From Alphaproteobacteria bacterium (lineage in GTDB: Bacteria > Pseudomonadota > Alphaproteobacteria > Rickettsiales > UBA8987), in the NCBI GenBank assembly GCA_031426355.1, contig JANPLD010000010.1, forward strand, positions 14,968-78,967: DNA of 64,000 nucleotides. Reading direction: 5' to 3'. A program made the position numbers and the translations under genes. A model generated the notes under the pieces. It worked only from the letters and a program-made list of their open reading frames with translations, did no database searches and had not been told where the DNA came from. How positions within the stretch are numbered: position 1 is the first letter of the stretch; the number at the start of each line of letters is the position of its first letter. Shown piece by piece: positions 49,254 through 57,793 of the stretch.

Positions 49254-49778
49254 TTAGCTTGTTATTTTCCAGCTGCCATCAGGTTGTCTGCAGGCATTAC
49301 CGAACGCTTTTTGAGATTGTCCGCCAACCATAACTGTCTGGCTGTATTCCCTGCAATAACTTCCACCTTGTGTCTGGTAAGTTCTTGTAGGGGTTATAGT
49401 TCCGCTGTTACCAGAATCAGGGTTAACCCATTTTGTAGTTACGCCAGATGCATTCCTTTCAAGTGCAGCTTGTGAATTGCTTTGTATGTATTGCATGTCA
49501 GCTCTGTCAAGTGACTGGCCAACTGAATTTCCAAGTAAACCACCGAGTATCGCGCCGCCTATAGTTGCAACAGTTTTACCTTGGCCTTTACCAACCTGGT
49601 TTCCAAGTATACCGCCGCCAACGCCACCAAGCACCGTACCGATCTGCTGTTTGTTTATACCAGTTCCGCCAACGCCGTTATATCCGTCGTTTGAACCATA
49701 TCCACCAGGGCCATATTGTGGTGTACAAGAAGCAACAGCAAGTGAAACTAAAGCAATTATTGAGGCTAATTTTTTCAT
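49254..49778 (-). CDS. 17-kDa surface-antigen-family lipoprotein (glycine zipper + C-terminal antigen domain)
   Basis: Lipobox LAVASC and a Gly-zipper ([32 protein letters not shown]). The C-terminus [34 protein letters not shown] closely parallels the Rickettsia 17-kDa antigen as I recall it (..[31 protein letters not shown]). Confidence 0.75.
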   Translation of the reverse strand: [174 protein letters not shown]

Positions 49779-49821
49779 ATATTCTCCAAGGGTTATAGTG
49801 TTACCGTTATTTCTCTAAAAT

Positions 49822-50319
49822 TTACATTTTGTCAACGTCTATATAGTCATTCCCGCCTTTACTCACTGATGGGTAAATAACTATCTCAGCATTTTTATTG
49901 AAATCAAAACCGATCTTTGTCAATTCTTCCTTAAGGGAAATAACCCTGTTCAGCGCTTTTTGTCTGGTCAGTTGCGGATTTTCTTCCTGTGATGCAAAAG
50001 ATTTAACTTTTAAAGATTTTATTTTGTTCTGCTCAGTTATTTTTAACATTGAATTGAGCGCCAGCTTGTCATCGTCGTTAAGGGAAACTGATTCCTTAGT
50101 ATATTTAATCCTGATAAGGTTATTATCATTCTTCTGCGGGTCAGATTTGCTGTCCCATGAAAGGTCTTTGTTATCCATTACCACAACGTCAATTTTCTTA
50201 ACTGGTTCAGGAGGTGTAACATCTTCAGCCTGGTTAACCAGCGCTGGATCTATTTGCAATTCCTGCGCAGATGCACTTAAAGCAAAAAAAAGTAAAAATA
50301 ACGTTGTTATTTGTAGCAT
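49822..50319 (-). CDS. Secreted hypothetical protein (possibly a minimal OmpA-like C-terminal domain)
   Basis: Signal peptide LFFALSASA/QE. The C-terminal half loosely follows the OmpA_C spacing (..SVSLNDDDKLALNSM...LKVKSFAS...LTRQKALNRVISLKEEL...G). This assignment is weak. Confidence 0.4.
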   Translation of the reverse strand: MLQITTLFLLFFALSASAQELQIDPALVNQAEDVTPPEPVKKIDVVVMDNKDLSWDSKSDPQKNDNNLIRIKYTKESVSLNDDDKLALNSMLKITEQNKIKSLKVKSFASQEENPQLTRQKALNRVISLKEELTKIGFDFNKNAEIVIYPSVSKGGNDYIDVDKM

Positions 50320-51098
50320 ATGGAAACTCTTTTTCTAAGTTCTTCAAATAGGGAGTTATTAGCCGCAATTATAGAGCCGGTATTAAGGAAGTCAGTGCCA
50401 CCGTTTATCTCGCTTACCATACCTCTTGATTCCTGAACAAGCAATACTCCTGCCGCAAGATCCCATGGTTTTAGGTGATTATGCCACATACCGTCAAGCT
50501 TTCCTGCCGCAACAAATGCAAGCTCTAAAGCCGCAGAACCATATATGCGGGCATTTACTTTGACTTTTTGAACAGTATCAAGGTCTTTTTGCCTGTAGTC
50601 CTGATTATGTTTCGCAACATAACATGCAAATAGCGATTCTTCAATATTATCACGTGCCGAAACCTGAAGTCTTCTGTTATTACAATAAGCTCCGCCGCCT
50701 TTCTCAGCTATATACATTTCGCCAATTGCAGGTGCGTAAGTTACGCCAAGCATGGTCTGTTTTTTACCGTTGATATTTTCGATCAAAGCGCCTGAAATAC
50801 AGAAAAATGGTAATCCATGCATGAAATTCGTTGTGCCATCTATAGGGTCAAGAATGAACTGCATCTTGCTGTTGGTGCCTTGTATAATACCAGCTTCCTC
50901 AGATAATATACCAATTGTAGGATACGCTTTCTGAAGTTCCTCTATGATTATCTGCTCAACCTTTAAGTCAGCCGAGGTAACGAAATTTCCCGGCCCTTTG
51001 CGTGAAACCTGCAGATTCTCTATCTCTCCATAGTCCCTTGATACTACTTTACCGGCTTTAAGAATAGTGGTCTCCAGAGTTTTTAATATACCCTTCAT
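50307..51098 (-). CDS. suhB: Inositol monophosphatase family protein (SuhB-like)
   Basis: Metal-binding motifs SEE..., LDPIDGTTNF and WDLAAG. Confidence 0.85.
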   Translation of the reverse strand: MKGILKTLETTILKAGKVVSRDYGEIENLQVSRKGPGNFVTSADLKVEQIIIEELQKAYPTIGILSEEAGIIQGTNSKMQFILDPIDGTTNFMHGLPFFCISGALIENINGKKQTMLGVTYAPAIGEMYIAEKGGGAYCNNRRLQVSARDNIEESLFACYVAKHNQDYRQKDLDTVQKVKVNARIYGSAALELAFVAAGKLDGMWHNHLKPWDLAAGVLLVQESRGMVSEINGGTDFLNTGSIIAANNSLFEELRKRVSICYK

Positions 51099-51154
51099 TG
51101 ATCCTCAATTTTACGATTTCCGCCTGTTTACTCTTGGATTTCATTAAATTCCAC

Positions 51155-51183
51155 TAAAAAAGAGGTTTTGCATATAAAAACCT
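51155..51183 (-). terminator. Intrinsic-terminator-like hairpin on the minus strand inside the efp-suhB spacer
   Basis: Stem AGGTTTT (51163-69) / AAAACCT (51177-83) with a 7-nt loop. On the minus strand it is followed by CTTTTTT (51155-61). It lies ~350 nt downstream of efp and ~60 nt upstream of the suhB ATG. Confidence 0.4.
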
Positions 51184-51479
51184 GAAAAATAACAATAAAT
51201 TGTCACTGAATTTTTTAACAAAGGTACTTCCGCACCTGAATATTCATATTTATGTTAAGTATATGAGAGCTTTCAGAATGACTATAGTTTGGGTATTACC
51301 CTTAGGTTAACTCGTCATAAGTAATTATTTAGCTAATAATTCTCTTTATTAAAAACCTTAGAAATAGATTTCTGTAATAGGAAATATAAGTAAAAGTTTA
51401 CGTGGTGTTTCCTTTTACTTAAAAAGCCAAAATATATTGCAGAGGTTTATTGGTGGCTTATCCGCGATTTAAAATAAGC

Positions 51480-51493
51480 AAGTGCGCGCACTT
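51480..51493 (-). terminator. Short GC-core palindrome just downstream of efp
   Basis: AAGTGCGCGCACTT is a perfect 14-nt palindrome 36 nt past the efp stop, followed on the minus strand by GCTTATTTT. The stem is short. Confidence 0.3.
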
Positions 51494-51528
51494 AAATTAA
51501 ACTAACGACTATAACTAAAAACCAATGA

Positions 51529-52092
51529 CTATTCAGCCCTTCTGACATAAGTAGAATCAGCAGTTTTAACTACAACCCTATCTCCGGTTGCTACGAACTG
51601 CGGCACCATTACGCGTACGCCGTTCTCAAGTATCGCTGGTTTGTTAGAGCCTGACGCCGTCTGGCCTTTTACAACGCCTTCTGCTTCAGTGATGGTGAGC
51701 GTAACTTCCGTTGGAACGTTCGCTGATATCATCTGGTCTTCAGCAATTTCCATTATAACTTTCATACCATCTTGCAGGTAAATGTCTGTGCCATGGAAAA
51801 GGTCTTTGTTAACTTCAACCTGTTCATAATCTATACTGTCCATCAACGTTATCATATTCCCGTTGGTGAAAAGATATTGGTAATCTTTCACTTCAAAGTG
51901 AGCTACATCAATAGTTTCTTCCGAGCGGAAACGCTGGTTGAGTTTTGTTCCTGCTTTTAGCTCTTTCATTTCCATCTGCACGAACGCGCCGCCTTTACCA
52001 GGTTTTACGTGTTCGGTCTTAAGAACCTTCCATAGTTTTTTCTCATGGATAATAATATTTCCAACTCTTATATCATTTGCTATTTTAGACAT
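51529..52092 (-). CDS. efp: Elongation factor P
   Basis: KPGKGGAFVQ loop and a three-domain length. I chose the start at 52092 (MSKIANDIRVGN) because AGGAG lies 8 nt upstream, rather than the listed 52128. Confidence 0.9.
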   Translation of the reverse strand: MSKIANDIRVGNIIIHEKKLWKVLKTEHVKPGKGGAFVQMEMKELKAGTKLNQRFRSEETIDVAHFEVKDYQYLFTNGNMITLMDSIDYEQVEVNKDLFHGTDIYLQDGMKVIMEIAEDQMISANVPTEVTLTITEAEGVVKGQTASGSNKPAILENGVRVMVPQFVATGDRVVVKTADSTYVRRAE

Positions 52093-52157
52093 ACCAATAT
52101 CTCCTGAAATTTTAAATTTTTCCTTCAATTACTCACTCAAGCTATAACAATCAACAA

Positions 52158-53348
52158 TTATTTCAGTGCTGACTCCAAATCACGAATAAGGTCATTAGCA
52201 TCTTCCAGCCCGACAGATAGGCGGAGTAAATTATCAGTTATGCCAATTGAGTTTCTTTCAGATTCTGGAATATTTGAATGTGTAGTTGTCGCCGGGTGAG
52301 TGATAAGCGATTTCGCGTCACCAAGGTTATTCGATATATCAACCACCTTCAGATTATTAAGCAGGTCAAAAGTTTTCGTTTTGCCTCCCTTAACTTTGAA
52401 CGCCACCATCGGCCCGCCATTTGCCATCTGCTTTTTAGCTATATCATATTGCGGGTGAGATTTTAATCCCGGATAGAAAACCCTTTCCACATTCTTATGG
52501 CCTTCCAAAAACTCAGCAACTTTAGCCGCGTTCTCGCAATGTTTTTCCATTCTTAGTTTATAGCTCTCAAGCGCTTTCAGAACAACCCACGCATTGAACG
52601 GGCTTAGGGCAGGGCCGGTATGCCTGTGGAATGGCACCAGAACTTCTGTTATAAATTGTTTCGAACCTAAAACTGCTCCTCCAAGAGTCCTTCCATGCCC
52701 ATCCATATGTTTGGTGGTGGAATAAACCGTAACATCCGCGCCAAGCTCAAGCGGGCTTTGCAGTAGCGGGCCGGCAAAAATATTATCCAATATAAAACGA
52801 GCGCCAACTTTCTTGGTAAGCTTTCCAACCTCGGCAATATCAGTTAAACCTAAATTCGGGTTTGCAGGCGTTTCAACAAATACATATTTGGTATTTTCAT
52901 TAATGGCCTTTTTCCACCCCTCGATATCATCGCCATCAACAAAGCTAACCTTTGCGCCAAGGCGTACCAGAATATTATTTATTATATAATGGCATGAGCC
53001 AAACAGAACCTTGTTCGCAACTATATGGTCACCCGGTTTAAAATCGCACATGATGGAAGCAAATACCGCGGCCATTCCGCTAGCGACAACGCAGCAATCC
53101 TCAGCACCTTTCTCTAAAGTTATAAGCCTTTCCTCAAGCATTCTGAGTGTTGGGTTGGAATATCTCGAATATACAAACCCCGGGGCAACGCCATTAAATC
53201 GGCTTTCCGCCGTTTCAGCATTCTCATAGCAAAATCCTGAATTGAGAAAAAGCGCTTCACTAGTCTCGCCAAATTCAGAGCGCACCGTGCCACCACGCAC
53301 CAATTGCGTTTGCTGGGTAGTGGCGGTTAAGTCCTGTTTTCTAGGCAT
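52158..53348 (-). CDS. metZ: O-succinylhomoserine sulfhydrylase (Cys/Met-metabolism PLP enzyme)
   Basis: TQLVRGG..RS.FGETSEALFL.SGF.Y..AE.AE.RF, YSRYSNPT, and the PLP-Lys region STTKHMDGHG. I prefer the start at 53348 (MPRKQDL). Assignment within the family (MetZ versus MetB/MetY) is from memory of the N-terminal pattern. Confidence 0.7.
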   Translation of the reverse strand: MPRKQDLTATTQQTQLVRGGTVRSEFGETSEALFLNSGFCYENAETAESRFNGVAPGFVYSRYSNPTLRMLEERLITLEKGAEDCCVVASGMAAVFASIMCDFKPGDHIVANKVLFGSCHYIINNILVRLGAKVSFVDGDDIEGWKKAINENTKYVFVETPANPNLGLTDIAEVGKLTKKVGARFILDNIFAGPLLQSPLELGADVTVYSTTKHMDGHGRTLGGAVLGSKQFITEVLVPFHRHTGPALSPFNAWVVLKALESYKLRMEKHCENAAKVAEFLEGHKNVERVFYPGLKSHPQYDIAKKQMANGGPMVAFKVKGGKTKTFDLLNNLKVVDISNNLGDAKSLITHPATTTHSNIPESERNSIGITDNLLRLSVGLEDANDLIRDLESALK

Positions 53349-53492
53349 TTTTACAATTTTTAGTGTTAATGTTTTTTTATAGATACGATTTACTTCGATA
53401 GCCGCAAATGTCAATATTTTATAAGAAATCCGCGTTTGTTAACGGTTAATTAACTATCCTTTGATATGATATATTAAATAAAATATTAAAAT

Positions 53493-54125
53493 ATGCCTAA
53501 TGAAATAAAAAATTTTATAACTTTATCTTATACGGATAATAGGGGAATTATTATTCAGCATGAGATGACTCTTTATGTTGATAATAAGGGTGAAATAAGT
53601 TCTTTATGTATAAAAAGAGAAGATACAAACAGGTTGTCAGGTGATTTCCTTATTACAATAACTAATATAGGAAATGGAAAATTTGAAATTATAGATAGTG
53701 GATTGGATAAAGTTTTTGAAAAAGATGCTGGAGATATAATGCCAATAGTTTTTGAGCATTTAAAGGGCGATGTATTTGTTAAAGGTCGTGGTGAATTAAA
53801 TGGTGAAGAAGCTGATTGCCTGAAAGCTGAATTTTTGAGTAATGTAAGTGCAGCAATTTTAGTCGGAAATAAGTCAGTAGAAATAGATAAAGTAAGAATA
53901 AATGATTTGATGACTCTAGAAGCAGGCATTTCAGAAGCTGAGGCTAAATTTATTTTAACACTCAAAGATCAATTCATAAATCCTGACGATCAGACAAAAG
54001 AACAGATCCGCCAAGTTTTAACCATGTTAAAAGATATTGACGTAAAAACTGAAGAAGATTTTAAATCAGTAATACAGAATCCTGTTTTTAATAATGTACG
54101 TGAAATATTCGGCTTTAATAAATAA
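53493..54125 (+). CDS. Hypothetical protein (orphan)
   Basis: 210-aa ORF that is AT-rich by eye, with no signal peptide and no recognisable motif. Confidence 0.45.
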   Translation: MPNEIKNFITLSYTDNRGIIIQHEMTLYVDNKGEISSLCIKREDTNRLSGDFLITITNIGNGKFEIIDSGLDKVFEKDAGDIMPIVFEHLKGDVFVKGRGELNGEEADCLKAEFLSNVSAAILVGNKSVEIDKVRINDLMTLEAGISEAEAKFILTLKDQFINPDDQTKEQIRQVLTMLKDIDVKTEEDFKSVIQNPVFNNVREIFGFNK

Positions 54126-54146
54126 CATTAATTCTGACAGGATAGC

Positions 54147-55781
54147 TCAAGCTACTTTCGCAGTTTCCCAAGGTTTGGAAACTTTAGGTGCGCCAAAATA
54201 ATAACCCTGCATCAAATCTACACCCATTTCTATGAGTTTTTTGGCCACTTCACCTGTTTCCACACATTCGGCAACGGTTTTAAGGCCGTAAGATTTGTTG
54301 AAATCAACAAGGCTTCGGATGAATATCAGGTTTTCCTTATTTTCCTCTAAGCCTAGAATATAAGAGCCATCAATTTTTACAGTATCAACTGAAAGTGAGC
54401 GCAGCTGGCGGAAAGAAGTATACCCAACCCCAAAATCATCAAGCGCAACAGTGCATCCTAAATTCTGCATGGTCGCTGTAAAATATGCAGTTTTACGAAG
54501 GTCTTTATTAGCCGCAGTTTCAGTTATTTCCATTGATATACGGCGCGAAATATCAGTATCCTTTAATATCTGGCTACATAATTTAAGCCAGTTCTCACTT
54601 CCTGTAGTAAGGTTGGAAATGTTAAGGCATAATTTAACATTCTTGCTTATTTTAAGTTCCTCAACAACTTTCCTGAGTACATATTCGTCGATCGCTTCAA
54701 CCGTTCCCATTTTCTCAGCGATAGGAATAAACCGCCCCGCGGAATCATATCTGCCATTGCCATTATTTATGCGAAGCAGGCATTCATAATATTGTACGCT
54801 GCCATCTTTCGCGGAAACTATCGGTTGGTATGCCAGAACAAGGCGGTTACCATTATACGCTTCCTGAAGATAGTGCAGCTGGGTCATTTCATTCTGCGCG
54901 TCTATATGTTCTCTTCTCGCATCTTCAAAATCACAATAAAACTCATAAGTTTTACCTTTCGCATGCGTTAACCCAAGGAATGCTTTGTTTATCGCATCAT
55001 AAGCATCTTTAACACCAAGGGGAAAGTGAACTGAGCCAATTGAAAGTCTTAAGTGAACCGTATCTTCAAGGTTATGGTTTTTATAGAGGCTTACTATTCG
55101 GCTAACTTCAGTAGTGATCTGCTCAACTTCACTGATGATAGGGTTTTTTAGTATAATTGCAAATTGCTCATTTTCTATCCTGTGAAAAATCGCGGAATCA
55201 GGAAGCGCCGCTTTTATTTTGCGGCTAAGATCTTCCATAACTTTGTTAGCAATATATTCGCCATGCCAGCTGATAATCATTGGCAGATTATCAATAGATA
55301 CTAATAATAGAAGGTAGTTATATTTCTTGTCGTGGCCTTCGGTAAAGCATTTGGAAAGGCTTTCAAGAAGCGCGCCATCATACTCTCCGGCAAGTATATT
55401 CTTACTCGAAAGATTATATTTACCTTTTCCGGCTTTTAATTTCGTTTCATTTTGTACTGCTATCATACCGTGGAGGAAATCTTCACCATCAGATGTTTCC
55501 CTGATCGCATGCTCCTTTATCATAAGCTCATGGTCTTTCACCGTGATCTTATATTCAAAGGAAACTTCTTCAGCATGGGAGTTTATATTCGCTTCGTAAG
55601 TTTTTTTGTCTGATTTACTTAAGAATTCTAGATACTTATCTTTAGAAGAAAGATCACTTTCCTTAATGCCCAGAACCGTTTTAGTGTCGCCATACCATGT
55701 CAATTTATCGGAGTTCAAATTATGAATATAGAAAACTGCGTTTCCCTGGCCTTTTGAAAATTTCCTTTTTGCGAATGACAT
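54147..55781 (-). CDS. Signalling protein: N-terminal sensory (PAS-like) region + degenerate GGDEF + EAL phosphodiesterase domain
   Basis: The EAL domain has ECLLR, NISN, EITE, ALDDFGVGYTSF, KIDGSYI, AECVET and QGYYFG. The GGDEF position reads RIENEQFAIIL (ENEQF instead of GGDEF/GGEEF). Confidence 0.8.
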   Translation of the reverse strand: MSFAKRKFSKGQGNAVFYIHNLNSDKLTWYGDTKTVLGIKESDLSSKDKYLEFLSKSDKKTYEANINSHAEEVSFEYKITVKDHELMIKEHAIRETSDGEDFLHGMIAVQNETKLKAGKGKYNLSSKNILAGEYDGALLESLSKCFTEGHDKKYNYLLLLVSIDNLPMIISWHGEYIANKVMEDLSRKIKAALPDSAIFHRIENEQFAIILKNPIISEVEQITTEVSRIVSLYKNHNLEDTVHLRLSIGSVHFPLGVKDAYDAINKAFLGLTHAKGKTYEFYCDFEDARREHIDAQNEMTQLHYLQEAYNGNRLVLAYQPIVSAKDGSVQYYECLLRINNGNGRYDSAGRFIPIAEKMGTVEAIDEYVLRKVVEELKISKNVKLCLNISNLTTGSENWLKLCSQILKDTDISRRISMEITETAANKDLRKTAYFTATMQNLGCTVALDDFGVGYTSFRQLRSLSVDTVKIDGSYILGLEENKENLIFIRSLVDFNKSYGLKTVAECVETGEVAKKLIEMGVDLMQGYYFGAPKVSKPWETAKVA

Positions 55782-55862
55782 TACAATAAATATTTAGTCT
55801 TGAATTAGAATCCAAATCAACTAGCATTCACCAGAGCCTTATTCAAAATAATATGTCATATC

Positions 55863-56474
55863 ATGTTTGGTTTCAATGAATATTTATTTTTAGCTATTGC
55901 TTATTTGCTTGGCTCGATACCATTTGGTGCAGTTTTGGTTAAAATGCTTGGGCTGGGAGATATAAGATCCCAGGGTTCTGGCAATATCGGCGCAACAAAT
56001 GTTGTCAGGGTCGCAGGTAAAAAAATAGGCGCCGTGGTTTTCCTGCTGGATTTTATAAAAGGCTTCCTGCCGGCATTCATGTATATGAATTGCTGCGGCG
56101 AGGAAAATTCAGCCAGATTCTTCATCGCATTCACTGCCGTGCTTGGCCATGTATTTCCCATATGGCTGAAATTCAAAGGCGGGAAGGGCGTCGCAACCGG
56201 TTTTGGCGCAATATTATCTATAGATTCCACCTTATTCTTTATTGCTGTTTCTTTATGGGTCATTACTTATCTTATAACTAAAACCTCTTCTCTATCGGCT
56301 CTGGTCTCATACGGGTTACTGCCATTCATCTCATTTTTTATCTATTCCAATAATACTCACCTGTTCATATTTTTAGCCGCTCTATCGCTACTAATATTCT
56401 TTCGCCATATTGCTAATATTAAAAGATTGCTTAACGGTGAAGAAAGATCCTTCAAAAAGAACAGGTCATCTTAA
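55863..56474 (+). CDS. plsY: Glycerol-3-phosphate acyltransferase PlsY
   Basis: YLLGSIPFG, GSGNIGATNV, FKGGKGVAT, and a polytopic profile. Confidence 0.9.
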   Translation: MFGFNEYLFLAIAYLLGSIPFGAVLVKMLGLGDIRSQGSGNIGATNVVRVAGKKIGAVVFLLDFIKGFLPAFMYMNCCGEENSARFFIAFTAVLGHVFPIWLKFKGGKGVATGFGAILSIDSTLFFIAVSLWVITYLITKTSSLSALVSYGLLPFISFFIYSNNTHLFIFLAALSLLIFFRHIANIKRLLNGEERSFKKNRSS

Positions 56475-56476
56475 GT

Positions 56477-57679
56477 TTGCTTATGACTATAAATAGATTT
56501 GCAAATAAAGAATTCTGTAATGATAAGAATCTGGTAACCACCATAAGACTCGCCCGAACCAGAAATGTCGGCCCTATAACTTTCCTGAAACTTCTTTCAA
56601 AATATAAAACTCCTGATAACGCGCTTAATGAAGTGCAGAATATTTTAAAGGGAAAAAATATTACCGGTGAATTGTATTCGCAAACTCAGGCAGAAGAAGA
56701 AATTTCACGCACACAAAAATTTGGCGGAAACATAATTTCCATCTTCGATGAAGCCTATCCATATTTATTGTCTGAGATATATGACCCGCCGATCATGATA
56801 TCCTATCGCGGAAATTTGGGGATAACTAAAAATAGGTCAGTGGCGATCGTCGGAGCCAGAAATTCATCTAATAACGGTGTCAGCCTTACTTATAAATTTT
56901 CTTCTGAACTTACGCAGGCCGGATATACAATAACTTCCGGCCTTGCAAAAGGCATTGATGCTGCAGCCCATAAAGCTGCGATCGATGCAAAAAACAAAGC
57001 TTCAACAATCGCAGTTATCGCTGGCGGCATAGATAATATCTATCCCAAGGAAAATAAAAAACTCTATGAGGAGATATTTGAAAAAGGTCTTGTCATCTCT
57101 GAAAATCCTTTTGGATCATTACCAAAGTCGGAATCTTTCCCGCGGCGCAACAGGATAATTTCTGGTCTGTCTCTTGGTGTTCTGGTAATCGAAGCTGCTA
57201 TCAGGTCAGGCTCACTTATCACTGCAAGGTTTGCCAGTGAGCAGGGCAGGGAGGTTTTTTGCATCCCCGGCTTCCCGCTTGATCCGCGGGCAGAAGGCCC
57301 AAATGACCTTATAAAAAAAGGCGCAATGCTGGTAACTGATTCAACTGATATAATTTCTTCCTTAAGGGATTTTACCGAAGAAAAAATAATAGACAGGAAG
57401 CAGAGCAACCTTCTTTTTGATTCAGAAGATAATATTGATTTTGATATTGCCAATTATGAATCTAAAATTCCTGATAAGGAAATTATCGAAATTGAAGAAA
57501 CTAAAATATTTTCCGCTGACAATATAATAAAGAATCTTTCTTATACCCCAACTGAGATCGATGAGATAGTTCGCCAGACAAAACTTTCATCATCACAGCT
57601 AAACTCAATATTGCTGGAGCTTGAAATAGCCGGGGAGATAATGCGCCACCCGGGCAACAGGATATCCCTTGCGGGATAG
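56477..57679 (+). CDS. dprA: DNA-processing protein DprA (Smf)
   Basis: Rossmann-like core VAIVGARNSS..G, SGLAKGIDAAAH, ENP.GS.P....FP.RNRIISGLS, and a C-terminal winged-helix-like tail. TTG at 56477 or ATG at 56483. Confidence 0.85.
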   Translation: MLMTINRFANKEFCNDKNLVTTIRLARTRNVGPITFLKLLSKYKTPDNALNEVQNILKGKNITGELYSQTQAEEEISRTQKFGGNIISIFDEAYPYLLSEIYDPPIMISYRGNLGITKNRSVAIVGARNSSNNGVSLTYKFSSELTQAGYTITSGLAKGIDAAAHKAAIDAKNKASTIAVIAGGIDNIYPKENKKLYEEIFEKGLVISENPFGSLPKSESFPRRNRIISGLSLGVLVIEAAIRSGSLITARFASEQGREVFCIPGFPLDPRAEGPNDLIKKGAMLVTDSTDIISSLRDFTEEKIIDRKQSNLLFDSEDNIDFDIANYESKIPDKEIIEIEETKIFSADNIIKNLSYTPTEIDEIVRQTKLSSSQLNSILLELEIAGEIMRHPGNRISLAG

Positions 57680-57737
57680 TTGGAAGTTTAAAGTTGGAAG
57701 TTCGAAGTAAAATTTCTTCCAACTTCAAACTTCCAAC
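57679..57737. repeat. Long hairpin built from four copies of a GTTGGAAGTT-type unit (two forward, two inverted)
   Basis: gttggaagtttaaagttggaag (57679-57700) and cttccaacttcaaacttccaac (57716-57737) are complementary at 21 of 22 positions, with a 15-nt loop. Neither side has a flanking U-tract. It starts at the last base of the dprA stop codon. Confidence 0.6.
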
Positions 57738-57780
57738 TAAAAACTATTCAAACGGCTCTTTCTTTTCCCCATATTTATGC

Positions 57781-57786
57781 TATAAT
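57781..57786 (+). promoter_or_regulatory. Candidate -10 box (TATAAT) for the tmRNA gene
   Basis: Perfect TATAAT ~8 nt upstream of the inferred start of the acceptor piece. I see no convincing -35 box. Confidence 0.3.
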
Positions 57787-57793
57787 ATCTATG

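Noticed and set aside
52093-52128. N-terminal extensions in the ORF track for efp (to 52128), metZ (to 53414), ssb (to 2412) and the rhodanese gene (TTG at 58849).
   Set aside because: The internal starts coincide with the conserved family N-termini and, for efp and ssb, have good Shine-Dalgarno sequences. The extensions have neither.
53349-53492. Looked for a SAM-II/SAM-V-type riboswitch in the metZ leader, where alphaproteobacteria often have one.
   Set aside because: I could not find the conserved AAAGC(U) / pseudoknot elements by eye. There is only a plausible sigma-70 promoter (TTGACA-16 nt-TAAATC). An Infernal scan would settle it.
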